A DNA stretch of 64,000 nt from Octopus vulgaris. Taxonomy: Eukaryota. The notes beneath the pieces were generated by a model. It did not search any database. It had not been told where the DNA came from and was given only the letters and a program-made list of their open reading frames with translations. The stretch is from assembly GCA_951406725.2 (NCBI GenBank), contig OX597816.1:119970001-120034000 (forward strand), read 5' to 3'. The position numbers and the translations under genes were made by a program. Position 1 is the first letter of the stretch. Each line of letters starts with the position of its first letter. This document shows, in pieces, positions 27,801 to 42,073 of this stretch.

Positions 27801-30800
27801 TTTATATGGCACCACTCATTCTGTTACAAAATTACTATCCATTTTACAACTGAGATAAGTAAAATAATTTACTTTTCTTAAAACACTATAATATTCACTT
27901 GAGTGCAGTGCCATCTTGTAATATAATGTGATACTTCTCCTACAACTTGCACTTCAAATCAGTGGCATAATTTATCCTTATGTTTTTTTACTTTTTACAC
28001 TCATATATAATGGTAACTTATTTTGACTAATGTTTGGTATTTAATTTCTTCTATTGTATACATGTAAATATTGTATTATGTGCTACTCCTTCATTCAAAG
28101 AACTGTTATTCTGGGGGACTACATGTAGTCTTTTATGTTCCTGCTGTACAGTAACCTTTTAAGCTTGCCTTAATTGAGTCAGTTTTACCTGTCTCTCTAT
28201 AATCTTCCTGAAACAAAATGTCCAAATGTCAGTGCTGTCAGTGCTATAATAATTATCTAAAAAAAATAAACATTGTTACTGCATTTTTTTTTTATTATTA
28301 AAAAATTGAAAGAATTGATTTAAAAAACTCAACCAGCTTATTTTCAACCTACATCTTTTCTTTTCTTATTTCTAGCCCCTGCATTCACTTCGTATATTGA
28401 CAGTTGCTCTGCAACTAGTTAATTTATCAGCTAATGTATCTGTTGAGCTGCGCCATAAAATCATTTTGCACCTTTGTAGTACTCTTTCTTCTTTTGGTGC
28501 TGTGGAAGCAGCATGGTCTATATTAAATGCTATGTCTGATCCTGCATCAGATGCCAGTAAAACTGCTAATATCAACAGTGAGGATTCTGAAACTATGAGT
28601 TCACTTTTAAAGATGCTTACTCATGTAGAATTATTTTTGAAACAAAAGCAGGTATGGATAATTTTCATATTTTTATTCTTGTCTTTTCCAAAGTGGTATT
28701 ACTACATATTAGAATCAATCTTCTTTAAAGCTTGATTGCTCTTATTTGCAGAATTCTTAATAAAAAATAGTTGCATGTTCGCAAAAATACTGGATTATGG
28801 TAAATTAGATTTTCTAAATGTTGATGTTTGTTAATATAATTTATTAATGTATCAAGTCTGTTGTGTGTAAATCATACATGATAGCATACATTATAAATTT
28901 ATGCTTTTATTTATGTATTAGGGTGTTTGGAAAGTAATTACAGTTTTTCACCACTATGAAATATGAATCAACCAACCACAGAGTCATGGTCGAATGGGTG
29001 AGAACTGTCTAGAAATAGTATATCATCTCTTCTATCTGGCAGTGTGTCATTCATAGTTATCTTGGTAATTAACCCTATGGGGGATAAGAACTTTATGAAC
29101 CAACACATTTTCCATTGCTTACTGTATGAGTTTTGAAAGAAAAGTACTGCTACAAAAGCAATGAAAAGCATTTCTGAAGTTTATCCAGATGCATTGAAAG
29201 CTTGTACATGTCAGCTGTGGTTTGAAAGGTTTAAAGATGTCGCTTGTGACATATCTGACAAGCCTCACTCTGGAAGATGACCTTTTGAATGAGACTATTG
29301 TTAAAGCTCCAGAGATTTGACTTAAAAATTTAATGTGTCATCTCCAACTATCCATAAACATCTCAAGCGAGTTGGGAAAACATGCAAAGAGGGAATTTGG
29401 GTTCCACATGAGCTTACGCTTGAGAACTGAACACAACATTCTACCATCTGCAGCAGTCTTCTAATCAGGAATAACAACCTGTCATTTCTGCAATGCACTG
29501 ATACAGGTAACAAAAAATGGGTTTTGCATCACATCCGTTATGAGCTACTGGAACATGGAAGGACCATCAATGCAGATATCTATTACCAAAAACTTGATCG
29601 TGTAAATAAAAAATTATGTCGGAAGAGACCAGCTCCAGTAAATAGAAAAGGTGTTATTCTCCAGCATGATAATCATGACCACACTCTTCAAAACAAACTC
29701 AAGAAAGTATAAGATCACTACGATGGGAAGTTCTTCCACATTCTCCATACTCACTTTACTTAGCACCTATAGATTTCCTTCTTTTCCAATCACTAGAACA
29801 TTTTATAAGAGGCAAAACATTCAGAAACAGGGGGGAGGTTGAAAACAGTCTTTTGGATTTTTTCTTCAGAAAGAGAAATAGGTTTCTGTGAACATGGCAT
29901 AAAAAAGTCATTTTCCTGTTGGGCTGTAGTCATTGAAAATGATGGTGATTACATTCTTGATTAAAACTATTGAGATAAACGTAGTTTACATTCGTTTTTA
30001 TATCCTTTCTAGAAAACACAATTACTTTCTGAACACCCTAATATATATATAAATATTATCGCATTCTGAATAGCATTCTAAAATATCTTCTGCTTTCAGT
30101 TTACCAAGGGTATTGAACTAAATCAAAAGGTTGCGTCTCATGAAATCTTCCAAACAAACAAAACCAAACTTGCTTGTGCCATTCTAGGATTTTCTAAACG
30201 TCTTTTGTCAAAGCTGAAACTTGTGCCTGCTACAAATAGTGATTGCTCTGATAACAGCTATTCCTATGATGAGTCACCTCTAGAATTTGCTTATGAATCT
30301 GTGAGAATGTATTCAACCATAGTGCAGTACCTCAATAAACCGAATAACGTTGATTCATATACCTGTGCTCCATTTGCTGATATAGGTATGAGATACTTAA
30401 TTGTATTTGTACTTCCTAATGTTTTTTTACATGTTTGTTTTGGAATTATTAAAAAAAATTTTTGTTTTTTATGTTCATCAGTTTTGACAATTATCAACTT
30501 TCATAAATGCCGTTAAATTTCCCAATTACTACAGTTGGCTGTAGAACCTGATAATAGTTGATAAATAAGTAATACTATGTTTAAAGTATACCTCACTCTT
30601 TTTTCCTTTCCTTAACAGAAGAATTATTTGATTCCATATTAACCAATAAGTTAATGAATAAAAACAAATAAATTTACCTTACCTGTTTGGTCAATATTTG
30701 ATTGTATTTTTCCCTACTAACTATTATAGCCATTAATTTATTGAAAGCTGTTGTGCTGTTTTGTACAAATGTGTGTGTCAGTATGTTTCTATTGAATTTC

Positions 30801-33800
30801 TTATTTTTGTTTTGCATAGAGTTGATTTCATTTTCTTTTTTTTGATATAACTTTGGAGTTAGGCTGTGTCCCTATATTGAAATATCTTGCTAAAAAGGCC
30901 AGTAGATGTGGGGATAAAATAAAATTGTTTTGTTAAATAATTTGGACTATCTAACTTTAAGCAAGTACTGTATTTGATAGTCTACAAGGTGCACGAGTGA
31001 ATAGGATGCACCCTAGCCTAGACTATACTTTTGTAAAATAAATTATCTCTAAAATAATGTTTTAATTCCTCCACTTACCTGTATAACTTTGTTATTACCA
31101 GTAATTATGAGCAATTTATTGCATCTACATTCGATATAAACATACCGTAGGCTAGGCTACATCTACCTGATCTCTGATGTATAATTTTGGCCAACAGTTG
31201 CAAGTTTCGAACCTATATTGAGTGCATTGGATGCAGGGGGACTTTTTAGGCCATTTTTGGGTAAAAGGGGTGTGTCTTATAGGCCATCAAATATGGTAAA
31301 TAGCACCTAATTTATTTTTGTATGGATATACTGAAGTGGTGCACACTATTTCAGTTCTTTTCAACAATTTAATTTTGATCATCTTCCAATTTTAAAATAA
31401 TTTAAACATTTTGTCAAGTAAATTTGTCCAGGTAATCATCATTCCAGTCAAGATTAAACACCAAACTAATGAAGTACAATTAAAACCTGTGTGATTGTTC
31501 TTTATCTCTACCAAAATCTCTCTAAAGAATCACAAGGGTGAATGCGATTTATTTTTACTAACATCATATATTTGCAACCAGCATTTTATTTAGTGTACTA
31601 TTTTTATCATCCTCCTCCATTTCTTTACAATGTTAAACTAGAGGTTTTGTTATATTTTACAAAATGTTATACTCTTGTTTCTTGCAAAATTTTAACAGCT
31701 AAAGCTATCTCAAATTGTATTTCAGGCTGTAGTTGGGCTGGAAGCTTTGATGCCCTTGAAAAATGGGAACTTGTTTCGAATCTGTTGGAATCTCTTCTTC
31801 ATTTAAGTCTAATTTACTGTTATGTTGGTGATGAGAGAGAAGCTAAGTGTTTCATCAAAGAAGGAATAAAACTGTCTTATATTCTGGCATTACCAAGATG
31901 GTAAGTTTTCTTCTTTTTTTTTGAAAAAAAAATTAATGATTAACTGAGATTTTAGTTTAAGGTGTTTGTCTATTAGCACAGATTATGAACTGAAGTCTTG
32001 ATGCAGCTATTTTTTGTACTTTTAGAAAGGAAAGGTTATTCTGTTTCAGCGATAACAAGTTCAGTCTTCAGTCATTTTAACAACCAGTAAATGACTTAAA
32101 TTTAAAAATAGTTGTTATGGTCATAATGATTATCCTCATCATGATCAGATCATCTTTATAATATTTCTCTTCCTCATAATCTTCATATTCCTTATAATTC
32201 TCATCATGATCGTGATCATCAACCTCATCGTAATCATAACCCAACAATGGCATTCTTCAATACCTCGAATCTCTCGTTCTCAGTGATCATGGGCTTCCAC
32301 ATTTCCAGACCTACTGCAGATCTACTCTTTTATGTCCCTCACCTGTAGGTTTTTGCTTTAGAGAAGTTTGGTGAAGGTACTGTTGTTGTTTTAGATACAG
32401 CAAAGCTATTGACCATATCTGTGGCCAGAAAATCTCCTATCAAAACTTCTTACTTATGGGGTTCATCTATTTTTCATCTGGAGTTCTTTCTGCCCCACTC
32501 TCAAGCAACTCTGGTGTTCCCTCCTGTTTTGTCCATAACTCTCTTCCTTCTGTACATCAATGATCTACTTGCTGTTACTTCCAGTAATACCTACTTTATG
32601 AAGACGATAAAACTCTTAATTTTTCCCTAACTTTTCCTACCTATGCATTATCCTCTTGTAACAGAGATTTTGAGAGATTCCTTCAGTGAATCTATGCCAA
32701 CCTTATCCCTTTTAACTAAAAAAAAAAAAAAAGCTTGAACACTGTTTGTAGCAAGAAAACGTCACCATATCACACTCATCTTAAATAGAGCAGCACTTAA
32801 AACCCTCCAATTACTGGGCCTCGGCTTCACCGAGGACCTCTTATGGTGAAAGCACAAGATCCTTATCAAGGGCTAGAGAATACTTTAGTCCTTAACAACC
32901 TTGGATACTGTACAAGGAAAAAGTGAAGTCCCCCCCACCTCCCATGAAAGATTACTACCCCTATAACTGCGATAGTGCTATTGTAATGGAATCATCATTA
33001 TCATCACATCCACTTATCCAGGCTTGCATGGGCTGGGTGGAATTTTTTAAAACCAGCTGTCTACATTCACATACCCTTCTTGTTTTCACAGAAGATTGAG
33101 AACAAAAGACACCACTTGCATAATGATGACATTCGTTTACAACAGTCATGAGGTGTCAAGACAAAGAGACAGTAACACAGATGCATACATACATATTTAT
33201 ATATATGATGGGTTTTTTTCAGTTTCCATCTACCAAATCCATTTACAAGGTTTTGACCAGTCAGGGGCTATAATAGAAGACACTTGCTCAAAGTGCCATG
33301 AAGTGGGACTGAAAATAAAATGGTATAGTTGGGAAGCAAACGTCCTCCTACATAGCTACTGCTGCTGCTTCTATTTTTCCCATTGCTGAATTGGGTTCGG
33401 TAGATCTGCCATTCTTTTTTCAGCTGGTGTTATATTGTGTCATGTAGCTTGTCTTTTATTGAATGATGTCATCTGTTGCTATTGGTATACAATAGACGGT
33501 GCTAGTATAGTATGCGGTCTACCATGTTGTCAAACAGTATAGCCAGGGTTATCTACCTTAAGCGTTCAGTTTGTAAAGGAAACCAATTTTTCCATTATAC
33601 GGACATTTACAACAAATTAAACTGCAAGCTGAGCCTGAATGAAATTTTAGAACTAATATTTTTCTTTGTTCTGTATATACCCATGACCACAGCAGTGACA
33701 CTAACAGGAAAATCTAAAAATACAGGAACTAACTGGTACAATATGTGCTACGAGGTGTGTGGAGCCATAGTTTATCATGTACGACGAGGGAAGATGGTTG

Positions 33801-36800
33801 AAACAAACGATAACCCCATTCAGATCAACGAAGCAAGATTTACTGGTTGACGAAAATACAATTGAGGAAGAATGCTGAATGGCAACAACACTCCTCTCTC
33901 TGAAGACAGTGATGCAGAACAACGAAACAACAGGAACCATGGACGTAGAACTGATTGGCCATGGGTTTTTGGTTTCAAACAAGGCTCAGACTGTCGATAC
34001 TATTGTGTGGAACGGCATGATGGGAACAGTCTGGTCCCAATTATCGAAAGAAAATGTGTAAGAAGTTCACTAATTCATTCAGATGAGTGGCCCGCTTATA
34101 ATAATTTAAATGCTATAGGTTATTACCATCTGACAGTGAGCCATCAACTACATTGTGTTAATCCAGTGACCGGAGCATACACTGTAGCCATTGAGTAATC
34201 ATGGTTAGATGCTAAAACTATGATTCTGACAAAAATGATCTTTGAAATATCTGAAGTGTTTTATCTCTGAAATATTTGAAAGGTAAGGTAGATAACCCTG
34301 TTTGACACCGTAGTACACTGCATACTATACTAGCACCGAATAGACCATTACTAAAAAATAATCTAGACATTTAGATGTTGAAATTTAAATACTTGGTAAT
34401 TTCATCAATGGATTTTTTTGGAGCTGTAAGATTAAATTAATTTCAGATATATACTTTTCCTTTGCAGGAATGCAACATTTCAGATACTGTTGGCTCGTAT
34501 CAACTTACTTTCTAATAAGATAGAAAGTGCTGCAAAAGCTATGAAAGAGGCCAAGAACATTCTTCTAACTCAAGAAAATGTGGTCAGCAGAAAAATTTAT
34601 CAAGAAAATATGAAGAAACTTATAACAAATACGTCACCACATAGTATTAATGTTTCTACTCCAGAAATGTTCACAATGGATGATCAATTGATTACTAAAT
34701 TCCGGTGGTCAGCTGAGTTAAGTGATGAAGAGACTATCATGAGAAAGGATAATACCTGTATTTATGAATCAACACCTTTAAAAGTTGCTGACACTACTAA
34801 TGTAACCTCTCAGTTCTCTGTTGATATTCCTGTCCTTGATAATGAAGACCATAAGGTTAAATGTGGTTGTCATTGTTGTTCTGATGTGGTTTCACAGGAC
34901 CTGTTTTTGAAGTATTTAGTCACTCAAGCTGAACTTGAACAACTTACTGGCAATGATATTCTAACTGAAAACATTTTGACAATTGCTGAAGATCAATATT
35001 TAAAATCATGTAAACATATCAAAACTAACCTTGAAGGTTTGCTTCAAGGAAAGTCACTTAGCTGTCTTCTAAATCAAATGTGTTCTGAAAATTTTAAAGT
35101 TACTCCTGAAAATAGCTTATATATAAACAATTGTTTGTTTACTCTAAGTAGATCCTATCTTGTGAGATGTCATCTAGCAGAAAATTGTAGTCAATTTCAG
35201 CTTTGCTATGAGTATGCTAAAAAGGGATTGCTGATATTTCAGAGCAATCATTTAGATTTTAGTAATCCTGAAGTTCTTTATCTTCATACTGGTTTGACTA
35301 TATGTTTGTCAAATGCTCTGAGATACGTTTCTGATTTTTCAGATATTGAGGAAATTATTTCACCTGATCCAAATTTAGATGTAATGACTTTGAAATTATC
35401 AAATATGACTCTACAATCTGAAACTGTGTCTTCTGGAACAATAAAGACTAATATTGATAAATGTGTACAAGACATGGAAGCATTGTCAATTATTGACAAA
35501 GCAGATAATAAAACCAAAAGAAATGCTAAAAAGTCAGTGTGTAAATCAAGAAAAGAAGGAATGAAATCAAAATCCAAAAATGATAATCAAAGTGGAGAAT
35601 ATCCAACCACTGTTTTGAACAATGAAACATGTATGTCAGTTGACTCCTACAAATGGCAAAGTGCTCAGGAAAAGTTTAAAGATTGTATGGATCGAAAGAC
35701 AAAATTGTCTGCTTCAGAGATATTTAAAGACATTACAGCTGAACATTTACCCAGTGTATATGATGATGATGTCATTGCTGAGAGTGAAACTGGTGAAAAA
35801 TCAGTTGCTCTTGATGTGGATAATGATTTATGTGAAAGGGTTGTGCTAAGTAAGAAATTAAAGACCAACAAAAATATTCCAGAAGTTTGTCCAACAAAGA
35901 CCGAATGTTCATCTAAATGTGAAACAGATAATTTTGTTGCTAGTTGTACACAATCAATACCTCATGAATCTTCTGCTTCAAGTGTGTATGATATACTTCC
36001 TCTCCCAGAGAATGAGTCTCTTGAAAAAGACCAAATACCTTCCAAATTGAGAGACAAGAAAAGACAGCCTAAAGTTAAAACACAATCTCTTTATGATAGT
36101 AAATTACCACAAAAGCTAGAAGCTCCCAAATCTCTACCTTTAGAAGTTTCAACTATAAAAGTAAACAAAAGAAGTAGTCGACAGACAAAATCTTTTGCAA
36201 GACCTAAGTCTGCAGTTTCCAATCAAATTATTAATTCAGATCTGTTACCTGAATCACACTGTGACTTTGAATCCTGTCAAGATTCTGAGCCAACAAGTAA
36301 GCAGGATTCTCCACTTAAAAAGTCTCACAAGACTCTGAAATCAAGACCTACAAGACTGCTAGATGATCAGAGTATTAAATCTAAAATTACTTCTGAATCC
36401 CAAAATAAGGAAGAATGTAAAGTTAAAAAGACTTCCAGTCAGAAGTCTAAAATTCCATCAAAAATAATAAAGCCATTATGCAAAGTGGAAAATAATGTGA
36501 TAATCACCAAGACCACAGCCAGGTGTAAGAGTAATCCAATCATAGAAAATCTAAAAAGTAAAGGTGAATTTGAAAGCAATGTCTATAACTTTGATGAGAA
36601 GAGTGATAATGAATCTGGTGAAAAGAAAGTGATCAAAAGGAGAGGCCGACCTCCAAAGAAAGCTGTTGGGTGGCAGTCAAGGTTGGCCGAGGCTTCGAAT
36701 GTCATTGCAAGAGAACACCGCCGTAGTGAAGTGACAAATGTATTAGTTGATAAAATATTTTCTATGTCTCCAGAGCGTCTCTCGGTTGCCAAATGTAACA

Positions 36801-39800
36801 ATATTTGGCAATCACTACCATCGCCTTCGTTTGCACAACATAACACTTCCTTTTCTTCTGATATCGACTCATTTTACCATCCTGCTTGGAAGAATGCTGT
36901 TGATGCTGCTGCTGATGATGATGATCCTAGTTTGTTAGGTGATACATCTTTTGGTAATCTATCTGTAAGTTCATCTGAGTTAGTACGAGCTGCAGAAGAT
37001 AGTGACAGTTCCTCTGAATGTAAAAGGAAACCCAGAGTGCAAAGGAAACCTACTTTGAATCGAGAGAAGTTATCTAGAAAATATAAAACGCCTTCTGAAT
37101 CTGAAAAGCCAAGTGAGTTTATTTGTTGTTTTCTTTTGTTCTTTTTCTTATTCCTTATTTAGACTTGTAATTTCTATTTTTAAAAAATCTTGAAAAATAT
37201 ATAAATTTGGCAGTACTTCTAGTGAAATATCTCTTGTTTATTATCATATTAGTATCAAATATTGATTTCTAACATGCACACAAGCCTCCAAATTTGTAGT
37301 GGAAGAGTTCAGTTGACAGAATTTATCCAGCATGTGGTTGTTGCTTATTTTATGAATCCCAGAGGGTTGAAAGACAAAGTCAATGAAGCTAAATACTCAA
37401 AGAATTGCTATTTCCAATATTTTATTGTCACCAAATACTATCAAAAATTTATTGTATAAGAAAAGTTAAAATTTATGCTAGTTTGTTTAAAATATAGTTT
37501 AGGTTATAATCAATTGGTAATACTTGTGTATTAATGGGGGCAATATCTAAGGTCAGGGTGAGGTAATAAAATATATTTCAATTTTGAGTGATCAGTTTTT
37601 TGGTTGTCTCGTAAAAATATTTATTTCACAACCTCATGGTTTCAGGTTCAATCTTACCTGATGGTAATTTGGACAGGTGTCCTCTTACATAATCTCAGAT
37701 TGATCAAAGCCTTGTGGATGAAATTTTGAAGATAGAAACTCTGTGGAAGGTTGTTGGAGGAACTGATCCGGTTCTTGGGAGGCAAACTTAATTGGTCGAT
37801 TGGTTTAGCACCACCAACTGGCCCTCAGTTGTCTCTAGTGAAACTGACTCAGTTGTAAGCATTTAAGCCAAGCCTCCAATTTGACAGTTAACTTTCTCCA
37901 TCCCTCTAACTAGTCTTAAAGGCTCTGAAAACATTCTTGGTCATTGCTCTTCCTCCTTTGATGGAGTCATTAAAAATAATGAGTAAAATGTACTTTAATG
38001 AATGGTTGTCATTATCATGGACATTCAAATGTAAAATACTTGCTCCAAAACTTTACATAGTCATCTATAATTACAGTTAGTTATTCTTAAAAAATGTATT
38101 TTTTTAAAGATATGTCAAAAGTTGTGAAAATTGTTTTCTTTGTGTTTTTTTTTTTATGTTGTAAAGATTTGCATAAAACATCAATTGATTTTTCTCATCT
38201 TTAAATTTTGTTTTGTTCTTTTGTGAAAAGTTAATACAAATTATGTTTAGTTTGTGATTTGATTTTTGATTGTTGAATGACCATATAAATGCTCCCTTGG
38301 TTTATATTTGTGAGATGTAATGATTTGGTTAAAGAATAACTATCAGATTGATAATGAAGCATAAGTGAAATATGAGGCAAACAGAAATTCTTAAGGTTTG
38401 ATATTTAGATTAAAGTTTTATAGTTAGAAGATACAGCATGATGACTTGAAAATATACTGTTTTGTCAAGTTACAAAAATAAAAAAATAAAAAAAAATTTT
38501 TACCCTTCATCTTCATCTTTCTCTTTTGTCTTTTTCTAATTAATGATAAAATATTTAATATATTTTTTTCTGATTGTTATGTTTTACCTTCTAGACTCTG
38601 AATATTTACAGAAGATTATATTGGAAAATGCTTACATGCAGACATCTCACTTTCCTCCATGTTCATTACATAGCTGTATATGCAAAAGTTTGGCTGTTAA
38701 GTGTCTTCCAGAAAATCCTACAAAGGCAGCTTTCTATCTGAATGAAAGCCAAGCAGTGACACTTCGTCACAACTTAGCTGTTCATTTAAATAGAAAAATT
38801 AGGTAAGTACCAAGCTCCAAGCTGTGTAAAGAAACAGATTAATAGACTCTAAAGCATGAGAAATATCCTTCATTGTATAGAAAATAAAGCAATATCATAT
38901 TGTAAGAGTTGGAGGAACTATCTTTTATTTTTTTACAGAATAGAGATCATTACCAGTTTGATTAGAAGACTCATAATTTCTCAAAAAGCTAACTTATGTC
39001 ATAGATATAAGATTAATATTCTTCACTAGTAGAGATTAACATATCAAAATACTAAATGCTATTCACAATTCTTTGATAACAACTGTGTAACACTGTTTAT
39101 GTATGCATGGTTGACAAAATAAGAAAAAAAGCTTTCAGCTTCTGTTCATTAAAACTGATGAAAATAAACTGAACTTGTTCTTCATATTTTTCATAATGAG
39201 CTTCATCTATTTTGTCACATGGATGGTTACTCATACTTATGAATATGATAATATTTAAGCCATTGGTTTTCTCTTTGTTTAAGTTAGGAAACTATTGTAA
39301 CTCACTCAGTTATTCAGCTTATAGTATTAAATAAAATTCAAATGACATAGAGAATGTGCTGTATTATGGTGTTGAATGTTTTATTAAGTAATATCAAATG
39401 TCAAGGAAGTACACATGTCATAAATAAATATTATTTGTAAGATATTAATAAGTTACTTTATTTCTTGTCAAAATGATATTTTTAATATTTAGGAGATTGT
39501 TGAAAGATCCAAGCAACAGTGAAGATGTAAAGAAACAATCTGATCCCTCTGACCAAAACACACTTGTAGATAATTTACGAAAGGCTAAAACAGCATTGAA
39601 GTTTGGGCAGAAAAAGGATATTATCCCATCTTTAATTGAAGCTATCCATCAAGGTTTGTAAATGTTTGTTTACTTGTGTTGGTGTATATATAATGTTTGT
39701 TGTGGCTTGTGTAATCCTTGAAACTATTGTCTCCAGGAAAATAAACTCCTCTGCACAAGAAAATTTATCAGCATATAAGATCTTCTCTGAAACGCTCTTG

Positions 39801-42034
39801 TAATTACCTTTAGTCTTATGAACATGTTCCAAAATTTTAATTGCAGCATTAACTGAAGACTGTGAAAGGCCAAAAATATAATATAGCAAACACTAAGTTG
39901 TGATCATCATTTAACGTCTATGTTCTATGCTGGTATGGGTTGGTCAGTTTAATAGGATTTGATCAAACCAGGACAGTACAGCATATTCCTTTTCTACATC
40001 TTGAGCAAGGCTATTTCCCTTCTCCATGGCAAACTGCTATGAAAATGGGATTTTTACAGATCAAATATGTCCCAAATGTAATTGAACTGATCTAAAAGTT
40101 TGTTTAATTCACTTACTTCTTTCATGTGCCTTACTGCATATTTTGTTCTAGCTTGATGGTGTTGCACAAAGTCAGTAAATAGTTTCTACCGATTTTCTAG
40201 AGGGAAGCTATAACTTCCAAAGTTCTTTTGGGATTGTCTTTCTTGGTACCTAAATCTGGTGATAGCCAAATAGTTTGAAATGCTTGCATTGGTCAGCAGA
40301 GGGCACCCTAAAATAATTGTCAATGTTTTAACATCTGTTACCTAAAGTGAGAATTTTCTCAACAAACTGCCATGAAAATGGTAATTTTACTAGTCAAATA
40401 TGTTCCAAACATATTTGAACTGATCTAAAAGTTTATATAAGTAGAATAATACTAAGAGAATGAATGTGATAAAATTGAGGAGAAATAACAATATTTCAGT
40501 GCTATGTCAATATAGAAAATAAGCAGAAACTTGGCACTGAGTATTCAGTGGAAAAATGAATGAAACTTTTTTTTATATGGTTTGGTAACTTTGGTCAAGT
40601 CAGAAAGGTCTTTAACTTTTATGACTTGACCAAACTTAGTTTCTGTCAGAATGAATAAACTTAAATCCAGTGCTGCTTCTCCAGCCACACCATACCGTAT
40701 CTGCTTGTGGTATGATGTTAGTTTTCTGTTTGATGTTTCCTAAGAATGTTTTATCTCTTTGAGCTGTCTTTGTCGTATTAAATTCCTCATGTCAGTCACC
40801 ACAAATCATATTTAAACTTTGTAGATGATATAATCTAGTCCTTCCTCCATGCTGCTATCGAAAGTTCACACCTGACACTTAATTCTATCAATGCAAACTG
40901 ACATTTCTGTGATAACTGACTCCATAAAATATCTGTTTATGTCCATTTTCCCATGCTTGCATGGGTTGGATGGATCTCCTTCAGCACAATAATGGTGTCT
41001 CACCAATTGTGGTTTGTTATCGTTTTGTTAGCTTGAGAAAACTTCACCACCTATTCCTAGTTCTTTAGAATCACTATCCTCCTAGACAGGTTGCCTGTGA
41101 TGTGACTTTCAGAATCCATATCTTATTTATTCATTCACTCTACTCTATAACAGTCATTACTTATTCAGAGTAACTGTTAGTTGTCTTGTTCACTTGAGTG
41201 CTCAATGCTGTAGGCAGGATATTTTCATTACAACTGAGAAGCCATGTATCTTTATGGTACAGGGATGACTTTAAAAAATAGTCAATAATATTGTAATGTA
41301 ATATGATAGTGGTAAGTGTTCAGCGATATGTTTTTTCTCCAAGAAAGAATATCTAATACTTTGTACAATTGTTTTCTAAGATTTTATTTCCTTCATTCTG
41401 TATCTCACTTTTGTTTCTTTTTTGTCAGATCTAACAGTTTGTCAAGTGTCTGTGATTCATCCACATCATGATGTCCCATATCTTATTGTTACCCGCTATC
41501 GAAACAGCTCTGTTCCAACAGTAATTTCTCTGTCAGGTTATGGCACTACGCAGGTGAGTTGTTTATAAATAATAATCACTTTGATTACTAAAATGTTATC
41601 AATAGTTTCGTATTCTTTGACAGAATCAAATAAAGGCAATTCTTAGCTTTGTGTTTTGTACTATTAAATGCTTTGTTCCATAATTAAGAAGGAGTTAGAC
41701 TGTCACAGATAACATTTCACAAATAACCTGTTATTATCCACAGTTAAATAAACTGAAACACATAGACTGCATTGTTCAGAAACATAAAATAATGTGAACT
41801 CAAGCCTCATAATCTGGTAGTGTAATATGTTATTGACTTTGTCAGCCATTTTACTTTTATAAGAAAATCTTATGACCTTTCTGTTAATAACTAATTGAGC
41901 CTTCAAGAATTAGCATCTACCCTCTCTTTTATGACACCATCATAGTAATTTACATGTTGAATAAACTGGGGCTATAATACAGCATGATGACTGCTGTACA
42001 TTATATATATATATACACATACATACACACACAT

Positions 42035-42073
<39 letters not shown>

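Noticed and set aside
35284-36938. Short antisense and alternative-frame ORFs within exon 14
   Set aside because: Shadow ORFs of the real coding frame, with no independent signal.
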